Assembly (NCBI GenBank): GCA_963169855.1
Contig: CAUJCN010000002.1
Coordinates: forward strand, 517,608-581,607
Length of the DNA stretch: 64,000 nt
Reading direction: 5' to 3'
Source of the DNA: Patescibacteria group bacterium
Lineage (GTDB): Bacteria; Patescibacteriota; Dojkabacteria; J137
Position numbers and translations under genes: made by a program. This document shows, in pieces, positions 20,552 to 29,831 of this stretch. Positions within the stretch are counted from its first letter, which is position 1. Each line of letters begins with the position of its first letter. The notes under the pieces are model-generated. The model had not been told where the DNA came from and searched no databases. It saw only the letters and a list, made by a program, of their open reading frames with translations.

Positions 20552-21771
20552 GCTTTTAAAACCGAACTGTATAAATCCTCGTAAGCTTTTCTAAAATCAT
20601 CAGTAGATGGAAGTTTTACATTGTTCAATTTAGCAACCTCGTGATTAAACAATTCTCTGTTTTTATTGAAGAGCTGAAGCAGCTTCCAAGATTCTTTTAC
20701 GAAGTTTTCCTCACTATAAACTGCTCCAGCATTATAAGTTTTTAATCTATATCCCAACGCTCCGTTATCAGTAACTATTGGAAAACATTTGTTAGTTATA
20801 GCTTCGGATAACGCTAAATTGTAAGTTTCTGTAACCTGGCTTGGAATAACTACAACATCAACGTTTTGTAGAAGCTCTGGGAGATCATTAGTATTGTACT
20901 CACCAATCAAATTAACGACCTTTGGAATTGCCTGCTTGTTAAATCCATCCATAACTTTTCCTACAATAGACCATTCAAATTCGTTTGAGCTATCGTTTTT
21001 AACTAGATTTATGAAAAGCTGAGAACCTTTATGCTCAGCAAATAAACCTAAGTATACGATTCTGATTTTTTCGGAATTTGATTTTTGATTTAGTTCATTC
21101 GGAACAACATTCTCAACTGTGTGAATAGGAACTTCTTTTAGAAAAGTAGTTTTGATAACTTTTGTCACAAAAGATGAAACTGAAATAAATCCTTTGATGT
21201 TTGGTACTAACTCTTCGAGATACTTTTTTCTTCGTTGATAATATTGCTGATCAACAAATTTAGAGTTATTTAGGAATTCGGAAACATTAAATTCTTTAAA
21301 ATTGAACTTTTCTGGGGTAGGGTAGAAAATTCCAAAATCGTGCAAGTGGACAAAAAGTGGATAAGTTTGACCTAATCTCAAAACGCTTATTGGGTAGCCG
21401 TTGATATTCTGAATATCAATAACAGCTGGTTTAATCTTCGCAACAATTTTGTTCAGATGTACTTCGAGCGCAGAGTTATTAAGTTTGAAGAAATCCTTTT
21501 TGACAAAGTTTTTGATTGTGAAGATGTCTTCATTAAAGTAGATTTTGGTTTCACCTTCCAGGATCACAACCACAACATGATCGAATTCGTTTACCTGCTC
21601 AATAATCGTTCTCGTTACCTTTTCTGTTCCCGCAGTGCCTCTTTCAAGTGGAGAGTGTAGTAGATGAAGAACAATAGGCTTAGTAGTTGCTAATTTTATT
21701 GAGAAAAAGTTGAATCTCTCTTTTAGAGCCGAAAGCCAATAGCTAAATTTAGAGTTAAGTTTCTCTATCAT
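20548..21771 (-). CDS. GT4 glycosyltransferase
   Basis: AGTE, HLHDF, HKG, ETYNLALSEA. Confidence 0.88.
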   Translation of the reverse strand: MIEKLNSKFSYWLSALKERFNFFSIKLATTKPIVLHLLHSPLERGTAGTEKVTRTIIEQVNEFDHVVVVILEGETKIYFNEDIFTIKNFVKKDFFKLNNSALEVHLNKIVAKIKPAVIDIQNINGYPISVLRLGQTYPLFVHLHDFGIFYPTPEKFNFKEFNVSEFLNNSKFVDQQYYQRRKKYLEELVPNIKGFISVSSFVTKVIKTTFLKEVPIHTVENVVPNELNQKSNSEKIRIVYLGLFAEHKGSQLFINLVKNDSSNEFEWSIVGKVMDGFNKQAIPKVVNLIGEYNTNDLPELLQNVDVVVIPSQVTETYNLALSEAITNKCFPIVTDNGALGYRLKTYNAGAVYSEENFVKESWKLLQLFNKNRELFNHEVAKLNNVKLPSTDDFRKAYEDLYSSVLKA

Positions 21772-21825
21772 TAAGAAATTTTAACCGAAGATTAAACGAT
21801 TGACCAATTTAATCTTTTTATTGGC

Positions 21826-22566
21826 TTATTTTGCGAATAGATTGAATCTGATAATTTCCTTCAGAGCTTTGTACCCATCCTTGAAAGCACTCATTTTCTT
21901 ACCTTCTTCAATACTTCTTGGGAAATAACTAATAGGGACAATTCCAAATTTAAGTCTTTTTCCATCTTTTTTGAATCTGGAAAGTCTTGCTGTAATTTCT
22001 GGCTCAACTCCAAAATTACTTTTCGAGATGATTTTTGTTGCAACTTCTCTTGCGATATCACCTCTTAAAAGCTTGTAACAAACTTCCATGTCTGGAATCC
22101 AGACTCGAAGTCTTGGGTAAGTGAAAATGTTTGAGATGAAAGATAATCCTTTATTTCCGATGTAATTCTTCCAATAAATAACTTTATTCTTCTTGCCAAA
22201 TCTGTTTCCATAAACCACATCTAAGTCTTTTTCCATCATTAAATTCACTAGATCTACAATCTCGTTTGGTTCGTATTCAAAGTCAGCATCTTGAATCACT
22301 ACTAAATCTCCAGTAGATTTTAAGATTCCATTTCTTACAGTCTGAGATTTTCCTGAGTTCTTTTCGTTATCGTAAGCAAAAATCAGACCTTTGTTTTCTT
22401 CTTCCAATTTATGAGCAATTTCCGAAGTAGAGTCTTTAGAACCATCGTTCACAATAATGATTTCTCTTTCTAAATTATGAGGAAACTTAACGTCGATAAC
22501 TTTCTGAACAAGTTCTCTTAAAGTTTTAGATTCGTTATAGGCTGGGATTACTAGTGATAATTTCAT
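21826..22566 (-). CDS. GT2 polyprenol-phosphate glycosyltransferase (DPM-like)
   Basis: VIPAYNE, VNDGSKD, IQDADFEY, DMEVCYK, FGVEPEIT. Confidence 0.92.
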   Translation of the reverse strand: MKLSLVIPAYNESKTLRELVQKVIDVKFPHNLEREIIIVNDGSKDSTSEIAHKLEEENKGLIFAYDNEKNSGKSQTVRNGILKSTGDLVVIQDADFEYEPNEIVDLVNLMMEKDLDVVYGNRFGKKNKVIYWKNYIGNKGLSFISNIFTYPRLRVWIPDMEVCYKLLRGDIAREVATKIISKSNFGVEPEITARLSRFKKDGKRLKFGIVPISYFPRSIEEGKKMSAFKDGYKALKEIIRFNLFAK

Positions 22567-22633
22567 AATTATGTTTTTTATAAGTCTATATAGGATACTA
22601 GATGAAATCTAAATTCTCAATAGAACTGGCCGA

Positions 22634-23611
22634 TTACATCGCTGTTAGCTTCTTCCAAAGTTCTCTCGCAGGGATGGAGTCTATATACTGTTTAAATTCG
22701 GGATTTACTTCGGTCATTCCTTTCAATCTGAAAAACGTTTTGACTTCGTACGAAATATGTTGAAGATAAAGCATTTCCTCTGGAGTTTTATCTTTTAGTT
22801 CCTTCTGTAATCTGTCTTCCCATTTAGAAACTACATAGAACATGTTCAATGTTTTAATTCTTTCTTTTAATTCAGTTTTTTCATTTTTGAATTTATTTGC
22901 TGAGACATTCAGAAAGTGTAGAACAAATGCATCATTAGTAGCTCCAATATCCCCGTACTGTCTTAAGAAATAGCTTGTATCAAAGTCATCTCCATAACCA
23001 TGAATGATATTAGGATCGAAGAAATAACCTCTTTCAATAAACGGTTCAATTCTTGCTAAATTACACGCACCTGAGCAAAATTCATAAAATTTATCCGAAA
23101 CATGAAAACCAGTTTCTTTAGATCTTGGTGCATAATTTTGGAGTAGAGACTTGTAAATTCGATTTCCAATATCTTCACCCAATTGATATGCTAGCTTTTT
23201 CGAATACTTAATCACTTTGTTTTCTTCGTAGTAGTGATTAAAGTCTGGAGCAACTTGAACAACATTTGGATTTTCGTCTAGAACTTTATTCAGGACATCT
23301 AACCAGTCTCCAGTCACAATTGTGTCTGAATTTAGAAAACATACTCTGTAATAATGTTTAGCTTTTTCATAGGCCGAATTCACGCCATCAACAAAACCTA
23401 GATTTTGGTCGTTTGAGATTACAGTAAGTTCGTCTGGGTAAATTTGTAAAAGCTGATCAGTTACTTTTAAAGATTCTCGATCTGGTTTATTGTGAACAAC
23501 AAATACGTGAAAATCTTGAGCTGTGTTAAAAACACTTTCAAGGCACTCGTTCAAATGCCAAGGAGTTTGGTAATTTACTATTATTATTGCTGTTTTTTTC
23601 GTGAAGTCCAT
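22634..23611 (-). CDS. GT2 glycosyltransferase
   Basis: IIIVNY, NLGF, FLNSDT, GYGDDFD. Confidence 0.88.
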   Translation of the reverse strand: MDFTKKTAIIIVNYQTPWHLNECLESVFNTAQDFHVFVVHNKPDRESLKVTDQLLQIYPDELTVISNDQNLGFVDGVNSAYEKAKHYYRVCFLNSDTIVTGDWLDVLNKVLDENPNVVQVAPDFNHYYEENKVIKYSKKLAYQLGEDIGNRIYKSLLQNYAPRSKETGFHVSDKFYEFCSGACNLARIEPFIERGYFFDPNIIHGYGDDFDTSYFLRQYGDIGATNDAFVLHFLNVSANKFKNEKTELKERIKTLNMFYVVSKWEDRLQKELKDKTPEEMLYLQHISYEVKTFFRLKGMTEVNPEFKQYIDSIPARELWKKLTAM

Positions 23612-24435
23612 AAGAATTGTAAGAAAGTCTTAATCATTGCTAATTTACTTTTAAATTTATAGTGCTTTAGTGCAATATCTAGCCAAGTCTTCATTTTCTC
23701 CTTTTCTCTTTTATATGATGAATTCTGGTTCACAGATGCCATGTACTTGTGAAGAATATACGTTTTAGGATCATAAAGTACTTGCCAGCCTTCTTTTCTG
23801 GCCCGAATGAACAGTTCAACTTCATCCATGTAGAGTTTGATTTTCTCCCAGTAAAACCCTATTTCTTTTAACATCTCGGCTTTGTACATAATACAAGCTC
23901 CGGTCACCCCAAAAACGATTTCGCTATCGTCGTATTGACCTTCATCTTTTTCTTTAAATCCTCGATCATACGCCTGCATGAACCCATCATAAAGCAGACC
24001 GGATGAATTAATTAGTCCATCATCGATTCCATTTTTGAAAATTACTTTTGGCCCAACAGCTCCAATAGTTTGATTTTTATCCAACGCCGAAGCTAATTCT
24101 TCTAAAAGGTTTGGAGCAGAGATTGTGTCTGGGTTTAAAACCATTACTTTATCGGCTTTTTGTTCGTTAACAAAATAGTCTAACCCTTTATTATTTCCAC
24201 CAGTTAGAAATACATTATTCTGTGATTCGATAAGAATTAATCTATCTATATATTTTAACTTAATGATTTCTGTGGTTTTATCTTTAGAATCGTTATCGAA
24301 AACCATCACCTGATAAGCTCTTTCGGTTTCTTGACTAAGAATTGTATCCAAGCATTCTTCAATATCTTTTTCGTTATTCCAAGTAACAATAATTACTCCG
24401 ATTTCTATTTTAGGCTTTGAATTTTGGTTATCCAT
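23584..24435 (-). CDS. GT2 glycosyltransferase (rhamnosyltransferase-like)
   Basis: VIIVTWN, FDNDSKD, LNPDT, VTGAC, YMDEVE. Confidence 0.9.
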   Translation of the reverse strand: MDNQNSKPKIEIGVIIVTWNNEKDIEECLDTILSQETERAYQVMVFDNDSKDKTTEIIKLKYIDRLILIESQNNVFLTGGNNKGLDYFVNEQKADKVMVLNPDTISAPNLLEELASALDKNQTIGAVGPKVIFKNGIDDGLINSSGLLYDGFMQAYDRGFKEKDEGQYDDSEIVFGVTGACIMYKAEMLKEIGFYWEKIKLYMDEVELFIRARKEGWQVLYDPKTYILHKYMASVNQNSSYKREKEKMKTWLDIALKHYKFKSKLAMIKTFLQFLWTSRKKQQ

Positions 24436-24526
24436 TTTCAATATTATAGTTTATAAATCATCTTTGGGCTATGGGTAGTTAACCACGAGTAGGGGACTTT
24501 AGTAAATGACCTGTTAGATATAGTGT

Positions 24527-24574
24527 TTTCATCTTTTAGTCTTTTCGTCTTTATATCTTTTCATCTTTTCCCTT
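24527..24574 (+). repeat. Imperfect octamer tandem repeat (6 units)
   Basis: TTTCATCT TTTAGTCT TTTCGTCT TTATATCT TTTCATCT TTTCCCTT. Confidence 0.7.
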
Positions 24575-24579
24575 CATCC

Positions 24580-24608
24580 TTGCACTTTAAACCTTACACC
24601 TATAGAAT
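24580..24608 (+). promoter_or_regulatory. Sigma70-type promoter, probably leaderless
   Basis: TTGCAC-17 nt-TAGAAT, 7 nt before ATG 24616. Confidence 0.6.
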
Positions 24609-24615
24609 ATTCATT

Positions 24616-25383
24616 ATGCCATTTAAATTTGAAATATTCCCTGTAGTAAAAGCGCAGGATCTTGATAGCGCAGCTCAGCCAACTTTTGGTTCTATTGACA
24701 TAGGCTCTGCACCAGGATCTCAATCCAGCATTCTTATAAGATCGAATACCACAAATCCAATAGTGGGAAATAGATTCAAAGCAACAGCTGCTGTTAAAAC
24801 CAATACAGTTCTAGTTAATGAAGTTACTGTTGTTGTCGAGTTCGACCCCGCAAGATTAAGTGTTATCGATCAAGATACTGCAAACGCAGGGATTCAAGTT
24901 AAGCTTTTATCTGATCTTTTTGAAATTGAAACAATTTCTGAAGATAATCTAGCTCAATCAGGACAAGTAAAGGTCGTAGCCGTTGCTAAAAACGACACCC
25001 CAGTTGCATTAAATGGTGATTTTATTGAAATCGAATTCCAAGCACAATCAGTAGGGAGCACTCTGATTAGAATTGGGACAGGGGTTACAGGAAGTTCACT
25101 GACCCGACAAAATGGGACAAAGCTGACTTATCAGTCTAATTCCGTGACCTTGCTGACAAATTCCTCCACAACAACGACTACAGCAACCACAACTACAGGA
25201 ACACCGTCAACTACAACGACCACTACATCTACCACAGGTACAACTGGAGGGACTGGAGGCACAATTCCTAATACAGCTATAGATAATCCTGCTGGCATAA
25301 TTGCTGTATTTACCGGCTTTTTGATGGTAATTACTGGAATTAAGCTATATTTTAGTACAAGAGCAGATAGGGCGAAAAACTAA
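24616..25383 (+). CDS. Cohesin-like surface protein with Thr-rich linker and LPxTG-like anchor
   Basis: VVVEFDPARLSVIDQD..GIQV cohesin-like motif; T/G-rich linker; IPNTA + TM + basic tail. Confidence 0.75.
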   Translation: MPFKFEIFPVVKAQDLDSAAQPTFGSIDIGSAPGSQSSILIRSNTTNPIVGNRFKATAAVKTNTVLVNEVTVVVEFDPARLSVIDQDTANAGIQVKLLSDLFEIETISEDNLAQSGQVKVVAVAKNDTPVALNGDFIEIEFQAQSVGSTLIRIGTGVTGSSLTRQNGTKLTYQSNSVTLLTNSSTTTTTATTTTGTPSTTTTTTSTTGTTGGTGGTIPNTAIDNPAGIIAVFTGFLMVITGIKLYFSTRADRAKN

Positions 25384-25424
25384 TTGGACAGGACTAATCA
25401 CTTCTTGGTATAATTCATCACCTT

Positions 25425-25706
25425 ATGACTAACACTAAAAGCGTTATTACAAAGCAAGATCAGTTTGTAACCCTAGAGGGCATTGTTTCTGAGGTATATC
25501 CAGAAATGAAATATCTTGTAGAAGTAGATTTTAAGGGGATCAAGCACAAAGTTAAGTGCTATGTATCTGGAAAGATGAGGACTAAGTTTATCATCATTAA
25601 AAAAGGCGACAAAGTAAGAGTTCAGATCAGCCTATACGATATCAATAGTGGTATAATTACATATCGATTGAATCAAAAGGGCGAAGAAATTCCACTAGTT
25701 GCATAA
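25425..25706 (+). CDS. infA: Translation initiation factor IF-1
   Basis: EGIVSEVYP..CYVSGKMR..IKKGDKVRV..GIITYR; synteny. Confidence 0.92.
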   Translation: MTNTKSVITKQDQFVTLEGIVSEVYPEMKYLVEVDFKGIKHKVKCYVSGKMRTKFIIIKKGDKVRVQISLYDINSGIITYRLNQKGEEIPLVA

Positions 25707-25825
25707 AAAAACAGTAAATTACCAAATTATATTTACAAAATAAGGGAAATTTGCTATAAATGCAGGTGTTATATTTTTGGCATAAAAGCTAAAGGTATCT
25801 ATAACAAATTATTTAAGATTGTTTT

Positions 25826-25978
25826 ATGAAAGTAAAAGCGAGTGTACAAAAGAGATGTAGAGATTGCTACATTGTCAGAAGAAATAGAAAAGTTGTTTAC
25901 AACGGCAAGATCAAGATCAAGCCTACGTATTACGTTTACTGCAAAACAAATCCTAAACATAAGCAGAGACAAGGTTAA
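25826..25978 (+). CDS. rpmJ: 50S ribosomal protein L36 (not in ORF track; 50 aa, internal insertion)
   Basis: [50 protein letters not shown]; CxxC..C..H zinc ribbon between infA and rpsM. Confidence 0.95.
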   Translation: MKVKASVQKRCRDCYIVRRNRKVVYNGKIKIKPTYYVYCKTNPKHKQRQG

Positions 25979-25997
25979 TTTTATTAAATATATATAA

Positions 25998-26381
25998 ATG
26001 GCAAGAATTGTCGGAGTAGAAATTCCAAATAATAAAAGAGTAGACGTAGGACTAACTTACATTTACGGAATTGGAATCAAAACATCAAAAGATATCCTAA
26101 AAAATACAAATATTGACGAAACAACAAGAGTTAAAGATTTGAACGAAGATCAGATTAAGAAATTGTACTCATATATTGAAAAGAACGTTCCCACAGAAGG
26201 ACAAGTAAAGCAGAAAGTTTTCCAAGCAGTTAAAAGATTAAAAGACATTAGAGCATTTAGAGGTCAAAGACATAAGTTAGGATTACCTACAAGAGGTCAG
26301 AACACAAGAAGCAATACAAGAACAAGAAAAGGAAAGGCAAAGCCAGTAGGCGGTTTAACAATTAAAGTAGCTAAGAAATAA
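25998..26381 (+). CDS. rpsM: 30S ribosomal protein S13
   Basis: MARIVGVEIP..LTYIYGIG..GLPTRGQNTRSNTRTRKG. Confidence 0.97.
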   Translation: MARIVGVEIPNNKRVDVGLTYIYGIGIKTSKDILKNTNIDETTRVKDLNEDQIKKLYSYIEKNVPTEGQVKQKVFQAVKRLKDIRAFRGQRHKLGLPTRGQNTRSNTRTRKGKAKPVGGLTIKVAKK

Positions 26382-26382
26382 T

Positions 26383-26808
26383 ATGGCAACAGCAGAAAAA
26401 AAAGCAGCAAATGCTAAAGGAAACGATAAAGCAGCTGTAAAGAAGAAAAAAGCAAAAGTAACATCGCCAAAGGTTTTGGTGAAAGTGAATTCAACTTACA
26501 ACAATACCATTGTAACAATTACAGACTACAACGGAGATGTAATCTCTAGTGCTAGCTGCGGTTCATTAGGATTCAAAGGAAGCAAGAAAAGCACACCTTA
26601 TGCTGCTACAAAAGCAGGAGAAGATGCAGCTTTGAAAGCTGTTCAAATGGGTGCAAAAGAATCTGAAGTTGTTATTAACGGAGTAGGAGTTGGAAGACAG
26701 GCAGCAGTAAAAGGTGTTAGAGCTGCAGGATTAAGAATCACTGCTTTAATTGATAAAACACCTGTTCCTCACGGAGGATGCAAGCCAAGAAAGAAACCTA
26801 AGAAATAA
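26383..26808 (+). CDS. rpsK: 30S ribosomal protein S11
   Basis: STYNNTIVTITD, GFKGSKKSTPYAA, TPVPHGGCKP. Confidence 0.97.
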   Translation: MATAEKKAANAKGNDKAAVKKKKAKVTSPKVLVKVNSTYNNTIVTITDYNGDVISSASCGSLGFKGSKKSTPYAATKAGEDAALKAVQMGAKESEVVINGVGVGRQAAVKGVRAAGLRITALIDKTPVPHGGCKPRKKPKK

Positions 26809-26855
26809 GCTGAGCTTGTTTCTTTAGATAAGAAATAATAGTAAATAAATAAAAT

Positions 26856-27455
26856 ATGTCTAGATATACAGGACCAAAATGGAGAATCAATAGAAGAGAA
26901 GGAGCTACAGTATTAAGTAGTTCTGAGAAGTGGAGAAGAAGACCAACAAATCCAGGTCAATTCCCAACATTGAAGAAAAAGCCCTCTGACTATGCAGTTC
27001 AGTTTAGAGAAAAACAAAAAGTAAAGAGAACATACGGAATGAACGAAACACAATTCGTTAGATTCTACAAATTAGCTCTAAAGAGCGAGGGTAACACATC
27101 TTTGAAATTGTTACAGATGCTTGAATTAAGAGCAGACAATGTTCTTTACAAACTAGGATTCGCTTTGACAAGAGCACAGGCAAGACAAATGATTACACAC
27201 GGAAATGTATTACTAAACGGAAAGAAACATAATATTCCATCTACAATTTTAAAAGCTGGAGATGAAATTACATTGAAGGATAAAATTGCAGATAGTTTAC
27301 ATGTAAAAGAAATTACAGAAAAGAATAAAGTTAATAAAGTTCCAACATGGCTAACCCTTCTTGAAAAGGGAGGAAAAGTAGTAGCGGAACCAGTTCGAGA
27401 TGATATCGATAAACTAATCAAGGAAAGATTAATCATCGAGCTTTACTCTAGATAA
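26856..27455 (+). CDS. rpsD: 30S ribosomal protein S4
   Basis: MSRYTGP, EKQKVKRTYG, ARQMITHG, IIELYSR. Confidence 0.97.
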   Translation: MSRYTGPKWRINRREGATVLSSSEKWRRRPTNPGQFPTLKKKPSDYAVQFREKQKVKRTYGMNETQFVRFYKLALKSEGNTSLKLLQMLELRADNVLYKLGFALTRAQARQMITHGNVLLNGKKHNIPSTILKAGDEITLKDKIADSLHVKEITEKNKVNKVPTWLTLLEKGGKVVAEPVRDDIDKLIKERLIIELYSR

Positions 27456-27477
27456 AATAACTCTTAACAAGAATAAT

Positions 27478-28443
27478 ATGATATCTTTGCAGCAATTTAC
27501 GATCAAAAAGGAGACAGAAGGAAACAATACAGCAACATTCTCTGTTGGACCACTTCCACACGGATACGGTCATACTTTAGGAACATTCTTGAGAAGAGTT
27601 CTTCTATCAAGCATTCCAGGAACTTCTATTACAGGAGTGAAGATTGACGGAGTGGAACATGAATACTCAGCACTAGAAGGTGTTTCGGACGATGTATTAG
27701 CTCTTCTTTTATCTTTAAAGAATGTAGTTTTAGTATCTAAGTCATTAAATCCTACAACAGTTGAACTAACTGTAAACGGAAAAGCAGGAGAAGTTGTAGA
27801 AGTAACAGCAGGAGATATTGAAGAATCAAACGAAGTTTCTGTAGTAAACAAAGATTATGTTATTACTAAACTAACTGGAAAAACAAAGTTAAACATTGTT
27901 CTTACAGTAGAAAGAGGATTGGGATACGTTTTACCAAATGAAGATGTTAGAAAAGAAGTGTCTACATTACCTTTAGACGCAAACTTCTCGCCTGTTACAT
28001 TAGTAAATTACGCTGTGTCTCAGACTAGAGTTGGAAAAGAAACTGAACTTGATCAATTAGACATTACAATCGAGACTAACGGTGCTGTAACTCCAGAAGA
28101 AGCTCTTCACGTTGCTGCAGACAATCTAAATCAGATGACATCTCATCTTATCGAGATTTCTACTTCAATGTTAAAAGGAGACGAGGTAACAGTTGCTGTT
28201 CAGAATGAAATTAAGAAGGCTGCAAGTGAATCTAAGACATCAGAAGACGAGACCCCAGTTAGAGTTGCTGATCTTAATCTTTCAACAAGATTAACAAACG
28301 CTCTTTTAAAGTCAAACTATGATGATCTAAGAAAATTAACAGGACTAACTGAAGAAGAAGTAGCAAGCATTCGAGGAATGGGAAGCAAATCTTATCAGGA
28401 ATTATTAGATGTTTTGAAGAAATACAACGTTAAATTAGTATGA
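27478..28443 (+). CDS. rpoA: RNA polymerase alpha subunit
   Basis: PLPHGYGHTLGTFLRRVLLSSIPG, GVEHEYS, alpha-CTD LNLSTRLTNAL. Confidence 0.97.
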   Translation: MISLQQFTIKKETEGNNTATFSVGPLPHGYGHTLGTFLRRVLLSSIPGTSITGVKIDGVEHEYSALEGVSDDVLALLLSLKNVVLVSKSLNPTTVELTVNGKAGEVVEVTAGDIEESNEVSVVNKDYVITKLTGKTKLNIVLTVERGLGYVLPNEDVRKEVSTLPLDANFSPVTLVNYAVSQTRVGKETELDQLDITIETNGAVTPEEALHVAADNLNQMTSHLIEISTSMLKGDEVTVAVQNEIKKAASESKTSEDETPVRVADLNLSTRLTNALLKSNYDDLRKLTGLTEEEVASIRGMGSKSYQELLDVLKKYNVKLV

Positions 28444-28922
28444 AGAAATTAGTAAAGAAAGCAAAAATTCAAGGAAAGACACATTCTCATGTTCACGCAT
28501 ACATCAAAGGTATGATCGGAGCACTTGTGAAGAGTCAGAAATTAAAGACAACAAAACATAGAGCAAAATTGATTGGAGCACATTTTGACAGATTAGTAAC
28601 TCACCTTAAAAAAGGAAATGCAAAACTAATTGAAGATTACTTTAACTCAAATGTTCTTGCAAAAGATAAATTTGTAAAAGTTGTAAACGAACAATTAACA
28701 GACAGAAATTCTGGTTACACTAGAATTGTAAAAACATTGAACAGACCAGGAGACAATGCAGATCAAGTATTTTTGATGTTAGTTAACATTGCTGAGAAAT
28801 CAAAGAAGAGCAACGTTGCTAAACTTTTAGAACAGAGAGCTAAGAACGAAAAGAAACCAAAGGCAAAACCAGCAGCTAAAAAAGCTACTGCTGAGAAGGC
28901 TAAAAAAACTAAAAGCGAATAA
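28440..28922 (+). CDS. rplQ: 50S ribosomal protein L17 (divergent, Lys/Ala tail)
   Basis: KTT..RAK, DRNSGYTRIVK..RPGDNA; follows rpoA. Confidence 0.92.
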   Translation: MKKLVKKAKIQGKTHSHVHAYIKGMIGALVKSQKLKTTKHRAKLIGAHFDRLVTHLKKGNAKLIEDYFNSNVLAKDKFVKVVNEQLTDRNSGYTRIVKTLNRPGDNADQVFLMLVNIAEKSKKSNVAKLLEQRAKNEKKPKAKPAAKKATAEKAKKTKSE

Positions 28923-28933
28923 ATATATAAACT

Positions 28934-29380
28934 ATGAAAAACATTAACAGAGTATCACAAAACGAATTAAAGGAAGAATGGTACCTAGTAGATGCTTCTG
29001 GCATTAGAGTAGGAACACTAGCTTCAAAAGTAGCAGAATTATTACAGGGAAAGAATAACGTATTAAAGAGGGACTATCACAAGCCAATGACTAAAGTGAT
29101 TGTGATCAACTCTGATAAGTTGGACTTTACATCTAAGAGAGGAATGACTAAATTCTACAAATCATACTCTGGATTTCCAGGTGGATTAAAATTTGAGTCT
29201 TTATCTGAATTAGTAGAAAAGAAATCTGACAGACCAATCATGAATGCTGTAAAGGGAATGTTACCTTCTACAAAGAGAGGAGAGGAAATGTTAGCAAACT
29301 TAAAAGTTTTTAGTGGAGCTGAACACCCACACAACGCACAGTCACCTGTTGCAGTAAATATTAAAGAATTAAAGATCTAA
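28934..29380 (+). CDS. rplM: 50S ribosomal protein L13
   Basis: WYLVDA, YSGFPGGLK, AVKGMLP, HPHNAQ. Confidence 0.96.
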   Translation: MKNINRVSQNELKEEWYLVDASGIRVGTLASKVAELLQGKNNVLKRDYHKPMTKVIVINSDKLDFTSKRGMTKFYKSYSGFPGGLKFESLSELVEKKSDRPIMNAVKGMLPSTKRGEEMLANLKVFSGAEHPHNAQSPVAVNIKELKI

Positions 29381-29382
29381 AT

Positions 29383-29772
29383 ATGGAATATACATATTCA
29401 TTAGGAAGAAGAAAAACATCAGTAGCAACTCTAAGACTGTACACAAAACCAGGAAAGAATCTATTGAACGACAAAGCATTAGAAGAAGTGTACGCAGATA
29501 ATCACGTTCAGACTTTAGTGGTAGAACCATTAAAAGCTGCAGATTTAGATCCAAAGAATTTCTACTTTACTGCTAAAACAGTTGGAGGAGGAAAATTCTC
29601 TAGAGTAGACGCAATTAGATTAGCGTTAGCAAGAGCGATTATCAAGCTTTACCCAGAAAAGAAAAAGCAATTGAAAGAACTTGGATTACTAACAAGAGAC
29701 CCAAGAATGGTAGAAAGAAAGAAACCAGGTTTGAGAAAAGCAAGAAGAGCAGAACAGTACTCAAAGCGTTAA
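29383..29772 (+). CDS. rpsI: 30S ribosomal protein S9
   Basis: GRRKTSVA, LLTRDPRMVERKKPGLRKARRAEQYSKR. Confidence 0.97.
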   Translation: MEYTYSLGRRKTSVATLRLYTKPGKNLLNDKALEEVYADNHVQTLVVEPLKAADLDPKNFYFTAKTVGGGKFSRVDAIRLALARAIIKLYPEKKKQLKELGLLTRDPRMVERKKPGLRKARRAEQYSKR

Positions 29773-29793
29773 TCTTTTTCGAAGACTTATACA

Positions 29794-29814
29794 GAAAGGG
29801 CCAATGGCTCTTTC
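29794..29814 (+). terminator. Hairpin after rpsI (possible terminator)
   Basis: GAAAGGGCCA-A-TGGCTCTTTC. Confidence 0.5.
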
Positions 29815-29831
29815 GAAATTGAAGAACCGTA

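Noticed and set aside
25165-25262. ACN-rich repeat as a DNA repeat element
   Set aside because: Explained by the Thr/Gly-rich linker codons
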